A DNA stretch of 56,407 nt from positions 1 through 56,407 of IMG/VR virus record IMGVR_UViG_3300034407_000510; one strand, given 5' to 3'. Both the position numbers and the translations under genes were made by a program. Below, one piece after another: positions 32,624 to 42,545 of the stretch (positions are counted from its first letter, which is position 1; each line of letters begins with the position of its first letter). The stretch comes from a virus (taxonomy: Duplodnaviria > Caudoviricetes). A model generated the notes under the pieces. The model was not told the origin of the DNA, ran no database searches, and saw nothing but the letters and a program-made list of their open reading frames with translations.

Positions 32624-35600
32624 TATGTTCTACTCGCTATTACTTGTTCTTCTGGTGATAATAACGCAGTCTCTGTCTGTGTCAAGTTAGTATTTGGATT
32701 CACCACCTGCGCTGTAGCTTTATTATTTACAACAGGTTGTGGCATCTGTGGTAAAGGAGGTGCACTACCTATTGTAAACTCTCTAATTAAATCAAGTGGA
32801 AAATCATTATCTAAGTATAATTTATTTAGTTCTCTAAGTATGCTGTTAATAGCTCCAAATGTGGTTGTGTTCATAGGATTTGCATATCCATTTGCTCGTG
32901 CGTTTCTAATGTACTCATCAATTAATCCTTCAGGTATATCAAAAGGTGAAAATCTATTTGCACGAATCGCATTAAAATCTTTACCTTTACCACGTCTATC
33001 AAATATAGTTCCTATTTGTTGATCAGTGTATCCCAAAGTTTTCATGGCTTCGATATCTTGTTTCATATCTTTTTGTGCTTCAAACCAAGATGCATTTCCT
33101 TTAACTAACTCTTTTAGTATATCTTGTGCATCTACATTACCTCTTGGTCTTGGTAAAAATTTTCTACTATCTCTTAATGCTCCGTTGTAATCAGATATCT
33201 TGTAACCAAGAGATTCTTCAAAATCCATTTTCTGATTTCTAAATCCAAAGAAACCACCAAGTTCACCTGTTAGAGTTAGATCTCTTCCTGTTTCAGGGTC
33301 CTCTCCATAGATACCTGCTTTTATAGTTCTTGATATTTGTGGTAATGACAATGGTGCAAGAGCTTCAACTAAATGCTTTATACCTTTTGCGTATTTATCT
33401 CCTTCAAAGTCTCTCGGGTTCCACACCTCTGAACCTGTATCTGTTTTACCACCTCTTGAATATAAATCGTTTAATGCCTGAACCCAGATAGATTCACTGA
33501 TGAATGGATCAAGAAGTCTACCTAATGCTCTTGTCGTGCCTTGCACCATTCCTTGTATTAAAGGTTGTTCTTTACCAGCCTCTACGTTTGCTATGACAGA
33601 TTGAATAGGATTTACAACTGTATCATAAGCAAAACCGTGACTAAAATCTGTATAATATAAATTACCTTCTTTATCTTTATTAGGTAGAATTGTAGATTCT
33701 CTAGACCACTCAGGTAAAAATCTTCTCATAGCTGCTAACTCATCTCTTGTAATACCATACATACCTCTAAATGCCTCAACGACTGTTGGTGGTATAATAG
33801 CTAAAGTTGTTCCTAAACCTATTAATCTTCTTGCACCAATATTACGTAGTGCAGGGTCTGCTAATTCTTTTAATCCTTGTTCTGTAATATTAAATGTTGT
33901 TCTAATAATTTCAGCAGGAAACGATACAAAGTTACCAAGAGGTGATCTACGTAAACCTTTGATAAAATCTGATACATAGGCATAGTTTGGCACTGTGTTT
34001 CTAACAATACTTGCAGCTTGTTTTGCTAATTCTATGTCAGGTCTTGTTCCTTTATAAGCATTTTTTAAATTATCAAACTCTGCAAGATAATTATATATTT
34101 TGTAAAAGTCATCCTCTGCAACATATAAATCTTGTGCTCCTCTAAACACTTTATTCATTCTCTTACCTAGTTTACCAAAAGCTCTTTCGACAAAGTCCCC
34201 ACCTTTTGCGATATCTTTTAATAATCCTTGTACATCTTGAAATGTAGAACTTGAGTTAACCACACCTTCATCTAATAAAAATCTATAGAATGCCTGGTCT
34301 TCTGGTAAGTTTCTATAAGCTATTTGTGGCTGTATTGTATTAAACGATTGTTTAAAACTTCTTAAAATAAATCTAGGGTCTTTAAATAAATTACCTGTGC
34401 CTGCACTAAATGCAACAGCACTTGTAAAGTTACGCATGTGTGTAAATGGACTTAATACTGTTTTAGCAACCTGTGCTCCTGCTTTTGGCACTGCTATTAG
34501 ATATCTATACAAACTAGATTTCATAAAACTATCTAAAGGCATTTCTTCTGCAAATTTTATAGCTTGTTCAAACTCTGATGATGTAAATTTACCATTCATA
34601 GGATTAGTATATATCTCTTCACCAAGAGGTGATTTTATCTGCATACCGTTTTTTGACATGGTGTATCCAGGTCTATTAGGTAGATTTAATTGTGCTTGTG
34701 TAGGGTTATCAAAAACAATCTTACCACTTTGCACTATTGTATTATAAAACTTATCTCTGGCCGTAATCGATGCCATGGACTGCATATTATTTATAATTGT
34801 TCTTCTTGCATCTTTTATCTCACCAAATAATTCTCTAAATGCTTTTAGATCTTTTTGACCTGTAATTAAATCTTGTGGATCAAATTTATTTGTAGAAATC
34901 ATTTTTGAAATATTTATTTCTTGCACTACACCATCGTACAAAGCACTCTTGCTTTCAAATTTAAATACTGGTGACTTTGTTACTGGGTCCATTTTTACAT
35001 TTTCAAGAACTCTATCTACATCTAGTAATGCCTCTTTTTCTCCATAATTTTTAACTTTATTGTTTTTTGCATAATTCATAAACACCTGTGCAACGGCTTG
35101 TCTTTTTTCATCTGCAGGTATGTAGTTTGTTGTTTTAAATACTTTATTGTTTTGAAATATCTTGTAATCGTTTGATAAGGTTGAATTTAATCTTTGACTA
35201 AAAAAATTTAATAATTCTTCTTTGTTTGTTGTAGTTAGATTACCACCTTGTAACAAGTCTGTCTGTAATCTGTTAAAAGCTTTTTTAGAATTGGTAACTG
35301 CAGCTATTAACTCATCTTGTTTTGCTGCAGGTATTTTAATATTAGTTAGTGACTTTTTAAAATCTGCTAATCTTTTTTTATCAAAGTTTCTAAAAACAAC
35401 TTCATTATTTACAATGGTGTCTTTACCTGTTCTAATTAAACCATCCATACCCTCTAATATAGCATCTGTATTTTTTACTCTTTCAGCTGCTGTAAATGAT
35501 TTATCAAATATAGTTTTAAAAGAATCATCTATGTCTCTTACTAAATCTTTTGCAACAATAGCTGCTGCACCTTCTTGTCCTTCAACTCTCATTTGTGCTT

Positions 35601-36408
35601 CAAATAATTCTTGTGATTTTTTACTTCTAGGTCTAAACGTAGATGCAAATTTATCTAGTATTCTTTCAAATTTAGAATTACTATATGCAAGTTCTTTACC
35701 TTTTTTACCAAGAAATTTTGCACCTTGTCCGATACCATAAACAAAAGGTGTTAGTAAAATACCTTCTGCAAAAAACTTTGCTCTGTTTTCTAATCTTCTA
35801 ACAGCATCATCTTCTGTATCTTTTGTAGCATCTCTATCTAAACCTGTTCCTATACCTGGAGCTATATCACCAAAAGTTCCGATGTCTTCTATATCATAAA
35901 CCAAAGCTGCTCCACCAGCACCACCTACACTTGTTGCAGCGTATTTAGAATATCTTGCTGCTCTGTTTAATTCGTTTGCTTTCTGTGCACCTTTTAATAA
36001 ATTTTTACCTTGTTTACCGGTTGCTGAAACTCTTTTACCTTTTTGTATACCATTAATTACCTTTACCGATATGTTACCAGCTATCTTTGCAGCTCTTGCT
36101 GCAGGGACACCAACTTGTACTAATGCTTCTGTTATTCTACCTGCTGCTGTATCTCTTGCTTTATCTTCTAAACCATTAATAACATCTCCTACAACACTCT
36201 CGTCAATAAATTTTTCTAATCTTGCGACAGCACTGTCATCATAAGTAACACCCTCACCTTGCGTAGCATCATATATTTCTGCAGCTACTGAAACTAAACC
36301 TAAAGGTATTTTAATTAAACCAGAACCTATTCCTGATGCAACGGATACAGCTAAATTAGTTTCTGTTTCTGGCTCTTGGATTGCGAATCTATCGTACTTT
36401 TGTACCAT
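32623..36408 (-). CDS. Large internal virion / DNA-ejection protein
   Basis: 1261 aa, helical, hydrophobic patches; last gene of the ejection cluster. Confidence 0.7.
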   Translation of the reverse strand: MVQKYDRFAIQEPETETNLAVSVASGIGSGLIKIPLGLVSVAAEIYDATQGEGVTYDDSAVARLEKFIDESVVGDVINGLEDKARDTAAGRITEALVQVGVPAARAAKIAGNISVKVINGIQKGKRVSATGKQGKNLLKGAQKANELNRAARYSKYAATSVGGAGGAALVYDIEDIGTFGDIAPGIGTGLDRDATKDTEDDAVRRLENRAKFFAEGILLTPFVYGIGQGAKFLGKKGKELAYSNSKFERILDKFASTFRPRSKKSQELFEAQMRVEGQEGAAAIVAKDLVRDIDDSFKTIFDKSFTAAERVKNTDAILEGMDGLIRTGKDTIVNNEVVFRNFDKKRLADFKKSLTNIKIPAAKQDELIAAVTNSKKAFNRLQTDLLQGGNLTTTNKEELLNFFSQRLNSTLSNDYKIFQNNKVFKTTNYIPADEKRQAVAQVFMNYAKNNKVKNYGEKEALLDVDRVLENVKMDPVTKSPVFKFESKSALYDGVVQEINISKMISTNKFDPQDLITGQKDLKAFRELFGEIKDARRTIINNMQSMASITARDKFYNTIVQSGKIVFDNPTQAQLNLPNRPGYTMSKNGMQIKSPLGEEIYTNPMNGKFTSSEFEQAIKFAEEMPLDSFMKSSLYRYLIAVPKAGAQVAKTVLSPFTHMRNFTSAVAFSAGTGNLFKDPRFILRSFKQSFNTIQPQIAYRNLPEDQAFYRFLLDEGVVNSSSTFQDVQGLLKDIAKGGDFVERAFGKLGKRMNKVFRGAQDLYVAEDDFYKIYNYLAEFDNLKNAYKGTRPDIELAKQAASIVRNTVPNYAYVSDFIKGLRRSPLGNFVSFPAEIIRTTFNITEQGLKELADPALRNIGARRLIGLGTTLAIIPPTVVEAFRGMYGITRDELAAMRRFLPEWSRESTILPNKDKEGNLYYTDFSHGFAYDTVVNPIQSVIANVEAGKEQPLIQGMVQGTTRALGRLLDPFISESIWVQALNDLYSRGGKTDTGSEVWNPRDFEGDKYAKGIKHLVEALAPLSLPQISRTIKAGIYGEDPETGRDLTLTGELGGFFGFRNQKMDFEESLGYKISDYNGALRDSRKFLPRPRGNVDAQDILKELVKGNASWFEAQKDMKQDIEAMKTLGYTDQQIGTIFDRRGKGKDFNAIRANRFSPFDIPEGLIDEYIRNARANGYANPMNTTTFGAINSILRELNKLYLDNDFPLDLIREFTIGSAPPLPQMPQPVVNNKATAQVVNPNTNLTQTETALLSPEEQVIASRT

Positions 36409-36416
36409 AGTTTATC

Positions 36417-37235
36417 CTACGTATTAATTTCTACTGCAACAAATCCTTGTGGCACGCCCTCACCGCCTGGTGCACTTGAATCTCTCGTAAAATATTTACC
36501 TGAAATTGCATCATGATAAGTGAAACCCTCTTTGTAAGTTTTTCTACCAGGATTCCAGTAAGGATCTTCAACATCAAACGAAAGATCATCATTTTTCTTT
36601 TGTATGCTATCAAAATCATATTCAAAAGTTGCCATTCTTTTAGCAACCAAAGTATTTACTCTCATGTTTTGAGCTATTGTTTGTGTGTTTGCATCAATTG
36701 CTTTTTTACGTTCCTCACCTGGCATAAATTGTACACCATATACTTTTTTCTGCGCTAACATATTTAAGGCCTTATTGTATTCACCAAAGAATTCACTTTC
36801 TGGATTGTCAGCTAAAACTTGTGCTTCTTTTTGTATTTGAATTCTACTATCTTCATCCAAATTTTTTAATAACTGCAGTTGCTTGTCTCTTTCAAACTCT
36901 CGCTCTTCTTTTGCTTCTGCAAACTTAGCTTGTTGGAAAGTTTCAAATGGTTCTTTTGCAGCTGCAGCAGCTGTAGAAAATATATTTCCTGTAGGTGCTT
37001 GACTTGCAAGATTTAAACCAAACTGTGTTATGAATCCTGGTATTGTCCCAAGACCAAGACCTGTTGGTTTTTTATCAACAGCTGGTGCTGATGGTGTCAT
37101 TGGTCTTTGAATAAAAAATCTAGCATCGGCTCCACCGCCTTGTTGATATCCAGGTCTATCAAGTCCTGATGTAATACCAGTTCCTGATGAACCACCCATT
37201 CTAAACATTGGTCTTTTTAATGTTCTACTTCTCAT
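36417..37235 (-). CDS. Putative internal virion protein
   Basis: LKRPMFRMGG...GYQQGGG N-terminus; position in the cluster. Confidence 0.65.
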   Translation of the reverse strand: MRSRTLKRPMFRMGGSSGTGITSGLDRPGYQQGGGADARFFIQRPMTPSAPAVDKKPTGLGLGTIPGFITQFGLNLASQAPTGNIFSTAAAAAKEPFETFQQAKFAEAKEEREFERDKQLQLLKNLDEDSRIQIQKEAQVLADNPESEFFGEYNKALNMLAQKKVYGVQFMPGEERKKAIDANTQTIAQNMRVNTLVAKRMATFEYDFDSIQKKNDDLSFDVEDPYWNPGRKTYKEGFTYHDAISGKYFTRDSSAPGGEGVPQGFVAVEINT

Positions 37236-38260
37236 TATCTAGATCCTAAATATAGGCCCCCTAGTGTTGTTGCGATACCTAGAGCAGATTGTAGTGGTGT
37301 AGGTTGTGGTATGAACTCCTGCCTTGTTCCACCTGGATAACCACCCATTAAACCTGTTACTTGTGAAGCATATCTATCTAATTGTTGTTGAGGCATAAAC
37401 GCTGCTTGTTGTCTTGCCTGTCTATCTGCATCAAGTTGTGCTTGGCTTAATGATCTGTCGATTGCGCCCAATGCTCCAAGTTGTCCGACATCTGCTCTTT
37501 GTAATCCAGGAACTAATGATGCTAGTCCTGTTTGAAATTGTGCTTGTCCTAATTGTTGTCCTGCTAATCCTGCTTGTGCTTGTCCTAAACCAAATCTATT
37601 TTGTATGTCTTGTTGTCTTGCAGCTTGTGCTTGTCCAAAACCTTGCTGCAATAGATTTGCTTGTAATAATGCACGTTCTCTTGCAGCCCCTGTGCCAAAC
37701 TCTGCGAGTTGCACTCCCGCTCGACCACTGCCGAGCGCACCCAAAGCGGCTTGTTGATCTCGTATACTTTGCTCTCTCATAGCTGTATTACGATCAAATT
37801 CTGCTAATGATGCATCAATCACTTGTGATTGATATGGTGACATAAACTGAGATACGTCTTGTTGAAAAGCTTGTGCTCCTAATGGAACACCACCTAACGT
37901 TGTTCCTGCTTGTCCTAATATTCCTCCAGCAGTTCCTGCTTGTGTTTGTGCTGCTTGTACGAATGGTTGAAATGATCCAATGCCAGCTTGTGCTGTTGTT
38001 CTAGCATCTTTTTCTAATTGACTTAAACCTGCAACTTCTGGTGCAAGTCCTGCTAAACTCTGTTGTCTAATATCAAATTGTTGTGCTGCTTGTTGTCTTT
38101 TTGCAAAGTCTGCTGCTGATTCACCTGCTAATTGTGATATACCACCTGTTCCTGGTGCAACAACAGGTACTTGTGCTTGGGCCGTGATCTGTGTTGCAAG
38201 GTCCGTGCCTAATTTATCTACGAATGGTGCGGGTAATGTTCTAGTCTCTTGTATAGCCAT
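37235..38260 (-). CDS. Putative DNA-transfer (pilot) protein, Gln/Ala/Gly-rich
   Basis: FMSPYQSQVI, GALGSGRAGV, C-terminal hydrophobic LGIATTLGGLY. Confidence 0.7.
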   Translation of the reverse strand: MAIQETRTLPAPFVDKLGTDLATQITAQAQVPVVAPGTGGISQLAGESAADFAKRQQAAQQFDIRQQSLAGLAPEVAGLSQLEKDARTTAQAGIGSFQPFVQAAQTQAGTAGGILGQAGTTLGGVPLGAQAFQQDVSQFMSPYQSQVIDASLAEFDRNTAMREQSIRDQQAALGALGSGRAGVQLAEFGTGAARERALLQANLLQQGFGQAQAARQQDIQNRFGLGQAQAGLAGQQLGQAQFQTGLASLVPGLQRADVGQLGALGAIDRSLSQAQLDADRQARQQAAFMPQQQLDRYASQVTGLMGGYPGGTRQEFIPQPTPLQSALGIATTLGGLYLGSR

Positions 38261-39663
38261 TATACTACATCCTCTAATCTTTTTGCTGTTTGAAACATGT
38301 TACGTGCGCCTTCTAAGCCTTGCGATTCTTCGGATACTTCACCTCCGGCTTCGAGGTTTTTCATCATGTTATACATGACTTCTGCGCCTTTGTCCACATC
38401 TCCGTCACCTGCGTTTCTTACAGCATCAGCTGTGAATACGAATTCATTTTTAGATAGTCTAGCTGGCACGTCGTCAGCCTTTTCCATTCTACCTATCGGC
38501 ACGAAGCCACCTTCAGCTCTTAAATCCATTTCTTGTCCACCCATATCTAATAGTGGCATAGTTCTTTTAGCTACTGGCTCATCTTTCATAGATCCACCTT
38601 CAGCTTTGAAAGCACCAAATAATACACCATAAGGATCTGTATATGCTTTTGGATCTATTTGACCACCAACTGATCCTGTAAATCCTGATGGTTGTTGTTG
38701 ATCATCTTGATCTCCAAATATAAAAGGTGCTCCTATTAATCCTGCTGCTGCAGCTAGTTTTTTATTTTTCATTATAAACGGTATTAAGGTTTCTTTACCA
38801 AAAGGTGTAAAAGCAAGTGCAGCCCCTAATCCTAATTTACCAACAGGACTCTTAACTATTTTCTTAACAGCTCTTGTTGCTTTCTTAACTAATTTACCTA
38901 AGAAATAATTTTGTCTACCTGCAGCATCCATGATGCCTCCACCTATCATACCGCCGTCTGCTGCCATTATATCTCTAATGTCACCAAGTTGTTCGTCGTA
39001 ATTTTGATCTTCTATAACATCTTCTTGATAAGGTGTCATAGGTATTCCAGGCACTTCTAATAAACCTCTGTCTGGAACTAAACTCATGTCATCATCAATA
39101 ACAACATTAATAGGTTTTCTTTTTGAAATAATTATATCATCTACGGTTGGTCTAAGACCACTACCTCTTCCCGAGTCTACAAAAACAGGCGGGTCATCAT
39201 CTTTTCTCATATTTTTAAAAAAATCTACTAATGTTGGAGAATCTTTAAATGTTTGTAAAGTTTCTGGCGCTTGTTGAGTAAAAAATCTAGAGGCTATACC
39301 TAAACCAGGATTTACTAATCCTAACAGAAAAGATAATGGGTTAAATTTAGAAGCTAAACTTCTTATACCTTGAAACCTTTTAGGACGTTGAAAAACATTT
39401 GATCTTTCTAAAGCTCTTTGTCTACCAAGAGTGTCTCCTACATTAACTTTTTCACCACCTATCATTTCAAAAGCTGGTCTAGGATCTGATTGTGGACGAT
39501 CTATTCTACCTGTAGTTCCTCCAGGTCCTGCACCTCTTTGGGTTATACCTCTTTCTCTATTAGAACTACCGCCAGGTCTTTCAACGGAACCTTCTTTTGC
39601 TCGTCCGCCGAAGCCTCCGATTCTATATAGTTGTCTTGCTTGTTGTGATCTTGTTATGGCCAT
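38260..39663 (-). CDS. Modular putative internal virion protein
   Basis: Several AxGG motifs, amphipathic FLGKLVKKATRAVKKIVK, C-terminal DDVPARLSKNEFV domain. Confidence 0.65.
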   Translation of the reverse strand: MAITRSQQARQLYRIGGFGGRAKEGSVERPGGSSNRERGITQRGAGPGGTTGRIDRPQSDPRPAFEMIGGEKVNVGDTLGRQRALERSNVFQRPKRFQGIRSLASKFNPLSFLLGLVNPGLGIASRFFTQQAPETLQTFKDSPTLVDFFKNMRKDDDPPVFVDSGRGSGLRPTVDDIIISKRKPINVVIDDDMSLVPDRGLLEVPGIPMTPYQEDVIEDQNYDEQLGDIRDIMAADGGMIGGGIMDAAGRQNYFLGKLVKKATRAVKKIVKSPVGKLGLGAALAFTPFGKETLIPFIMKNKKLAAAAGLIGAPFIFGDQDDQQQPSGFTGSVGGQIDPKAYTDPYGVLFGAFKAEGGSMKDEPVAKRTMPLLDMGGQEMDLRAEGGFVPIGRMEKADDVPARLSKNEFVFTADAVRNAGDGDVDKGAEVMYNMMKNLEAGGEVSEESQGLEGARNMFQTAKRLEDVV

Positions 39664-39669
39664 TGTACT

Positions 39670-39698
39670 ATTCTATTTTGTTTTACTAAATAAATCAA
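39670..39698 (-). promoter_or_regulatory. Promoter giving a leaderless mRNA for the ejection operon
   Basis: TTGATT-17-TAGAAT-6 nt-ATG. Confidence 0.65.
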
Positions 39699-39843
39699 GA
39701 CTTGGCATGACAACATTTACGTCTTGAGCCATGTCTTTTTCCTTATAACCTTTAGCTTCCCAGTCTTTTCTCTCCTTAAAAAGCTCTCCAGTTTCCTTGT
39801 GTCTATATGTTGTTTCTACTTTTGCTGGTTTTATTACTTGCAT
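39673..39843 (-). CDS. Hypothetical protein (56 aa)
   Basis: GAGG SD, TAATG coupling; MQVIKPAKVETTYRHKETGE... Confidence 0.65.
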   Translation of the reverse strand: MQVIKPAKVETTYRHKETGELFKERKDWEAKGYKEKDMAQDVNVVMPSLDLFSKTK

Positions 39844-40184
39844 TATGATACTACCTCTCTTGGCTGTATTTCTAATATAGAGGCTATGACGTGCAGCTCA
39901 TTCGCGTCAGCAGCTTGTACTTTTAATATCTCACTTTCCTCCATAATTAGAGGTTGAGATAAAAGTTCTGTTGTAGCTTTTGATGCTATTGATTTATCTT
40001 TAAACAAATTAAAAATAGCACCACTAGCATTTACTAATGTTACTGTTATAGTAGATCCTGATCCAGCGTCCTCGGATACTAACAATGATTTTATAACAGC
40101 AGCTTTGAAACTTGGCACTGTATACAGTGTAGTTAAATCTGTTGTCGTTAAGTCTACTTTTTTATTTATAAAACTATTTGCCAT
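39843..40184 (-). CDS. Small beta-rich virion/tail protein
   Basis: TTLYTVP...LKVQA; TAATG coupling. Confidence 0.7.
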   Translation of the reverse strand: MANSFINKKVDLTTTDLTTLYTVPSFKAAVIKSLLVSEDAGSGSTITVTLVNASGAIFNLFKDKSIASKATTELLSQPLIMEESEILKVQAADANELHVIASILEIQPREVVS

Positions 40185-40348
40185 TAATTTAAAAAGAAGT
40201 TTTGTGCTTCTACCTCATCTTTTAATTCTTCTTGAAACGTTGTATTTAATTTTTCTACAATCGCATCAAGATCTCTAACTTGTGCTTCTGCTGTACCCAA
40301 ATCATACTCAGGTGCAGGTCTTGTTAATACTTGTACAATTTTTGCCAT
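40184..40348 (-). CDS. Small tail-associated protein (54 aa)
   Basis: TAATG coupling at both ends. Confidence 0.65.
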   Translation of the reverse strand: MAKIVQVLTRPAPEYDLGTAEAQVRDLDAIVEKLNTTFQEELKDEVEAQNFFLN

Positions 40349-42531
40349 TATCTTCTTCCGTCTGGTTGTGTATCTAATCTAAAAGTTCCTAACTTCCAAC
40401 TTTGACTTGTTGATGTGTTTTCTACTTTTAATGCAATAGCTCTAGCTCTTGCACGTGTATCTACTTTTTGTGTAGACGTTGTAACATCAAAAGGCCCAAG
40501 AGAAGAACCTGAAGCTGTATCATTAGGAAAGTTTCTTAAATTTAGTGTTACTCTTGTGTTACCTGTTTGTGATATAAAGTCAGGTATAAATCTTCTTATT
40601 TTCATTATAAATTCACCATCTCCTCTAAAGGTTGCAACACCTGTTGATTGTCCTGTAGCTGATCTTGATTGTGTAATATCAAAATCTCCAGACAATATGT
40701 TAGCAGTAATTGCAGTTACTGTTCCACCTTTAACTTGATCAGTCCCTGTTTCGTGTTCATAGTATGTTGTTCTACCTTCTGTGTTGCCCACAACATCAAA
40801 AGATGTATCTGTATCTGCATCGTATTCTAGTGCATGCGGTAATCCAAATACAGCAGAATCACGCCACATTGTTCTAGCTAAAGTTCCAACAGTCCACACT
40901 GGTCTTTGTGGTGATGAATCAAAATAATTATATGCAACCATTCTATTTACAACTGATGATGAAGATGTAGGATAAAACCATATTACTTCACCAAACAAAT
41001 TATTTAATCCTGCTGATACCATTTGGTTACCAGAATCTAAATTTATATCATCGTATACATGGTCTTCTACTAAACAAGGTAGTGACTCTAGTTTACCAGC
41101 ATATCTAAAGAAACCATTTTCTGACATCCAATATGCAGAACCATCAACTTCAACGCAAGCATTCTGTCCAACAAGTCCACAGTTAGTTCCAACTTGTGCA
41201 AACGCAAACGTAAACGGTTGACCAACAAAACGTTGTGTAAATAATGCTGTATCAGTCCAAACATAGATTGCATCCCTACCTCTGATTGCTCCTCTGATCT
41301 GTGATCCGTCAGCCAATCTTTGTGTACCAGCTGTATTGGTCGCTGTAGGTGTATAAGTATTAATATCTTCCTGGTCAGAGAATCTAATAAACATATCATC
41401 TTGTGTAGACGTATCACCAATAGTTGTTTCTGTTCCAAAAAATACTAAGTGACGATCCGGTGTAGATACTAACATGTGTCGTGATGCAGTTGGTGCACCA
41501 GATATAATAGTTGCTCTTGAGTTTGTTGCGTCTGCCGCTGCAGAGTTCCATTCAAATACAGCACTGTCATGAATTAGACAAATAGCTTTGTCACCAAAAT
41601 TATCTAGTGACCACATACCTGGTTCAATAACTAAGTCTCCTGATGCAGCTTCACCCCATGCCACATAATCTGATGAGTTTGTAACAGTTGCTCCAGCACT
41701 ATGTGTTGCAGCACTTGTGCCTCTTACTTCTCTTGTAACACCTGTTAATTCTTTTGTTGCACTAATACCTGTGTAAGATATTTCCTCACTTCCTATTTGT
41801 ACAAAACTAGTACCTGCTGTTGGAAACAAAGCATCGTTGACTAATATAATACCTGTTGTTTGTGAACTATTGATACCTGCAGATAAAGTAGTTGTAGCTG
41901 CACCTACATCTTCACCACCCCAAGATCCAAGAGACCAACCAAAACCTTTTGCTTGTACAGCTGGTCCTACAGGATAATAATGTTGAACTCTTATACCACC
42001 AGATGTAGATGCACCTGATCCAGATTCATTTGATGGCATTGTAATAGTTAGTGTTGTAGAAGTTGGTACACTTGTTACCATAAATTTTTTATTATCGAAA
42101 TCAGAAGCACTAAAGTTAGAATTAGTTATTGAAGAAAAATTATCTAATAAGATAATGTCTGATTCAGATATATTGTGATCACCAGCAAAAGTTATAGTTA
42201 CTATTGCTGATCCGTTAGTCGTGCTAAATGCATTAGAAAGAGTGTTTGTAGATTTAATTGGATGTATGTCATAATAAGCACCACCAGAGTATGCATATAA
42301 AATTCTGTTTGTTCCGATGATCGCATATTTTCTAGCTGCACTATTTACAAAATGATGTAAACCACGTCCTGCACCTGTAAGATTATCTGATCCTAGTTGT
42401 GACCAACCACCTATTTTTTCAGGTGTGCCATATCTAAACCTAACATTATCACAGTCAATCCATTGACCTTCTGCGCCTGTAGGTGTGATTTGTTTATTGA
42501 TACCAGGTTGAAACCCTATTTTTTGTAGCAT
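40348..42531 (-). CDS. Tail nozzle / DNA-stabilization protein (P22 gp10 or tail tubular B-like)
   Basis: 727 aa, beta-rich; WIDCDNVRFRYGTPEKIGGW, IRFSDQED. Confidence 0.75.
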   Translation of the reverse strand: MLQKIGFQPGINKQITPTGAEGQWIDCDNVRFRYGTPEKIGGWSQLGSDNLTGAGRGLHHFVNSAARKYAIIGTNRILYAYSGGAYYDIHPIKSTNTLSNAFSTTNGSAIVTITFAGDHNISESDIILLDNFSSITNSNFSASDFDNKKFMVTSVPTSTTLTITMPSNESGSGASTSGGIRVQHYYPVGPAVQAKGFGWSLGSWGGEDVGAATTTLSAGINSSQTTGIILVNDALFPTAGTSFVQIGSEEISYTGISATKELTGVTREVRGTSAATHSAGATVTNSSDYVAWGEAASGDLVIEPGMWSLDNFGDKAICLIHDSAVFEWNSAAADATNSRATIISGAPTASRHMLVSTPDRHLVFFGTETTIGDTSTQDDMFIRFSDQEDINTYTPTATNTAGTQRLADGSQIRGAIRGRDAIYVWTDTALFTQRFVGQPFTFAFAQVGTNCGLVGQNACVEVDGSAYWMSENGFFRYAGKLESLPCLVEDHVYDDINLDSGNQMVSAGLNNLFGEVIWFYPTSSSSVVNRMVAYNYFDSSPQRPVWTVGTLARTMWRDSAVFGLPHALEYDADTDTSFDVVGNTEGRTTYYEHETGTDQVKGGTVTAITANILSGDFDITQSRSATGQSTGVATFRGDGEFIMKIRRFIPDFISQTGNTRVTLNLRNFPNDTASGSSLGPFDVTTSTQKVDTRARARAIALKVENTSTSQSWKLGTFRLDTQPDGRR

Positions 42532-42545
42532 ATAACCTCATTATA

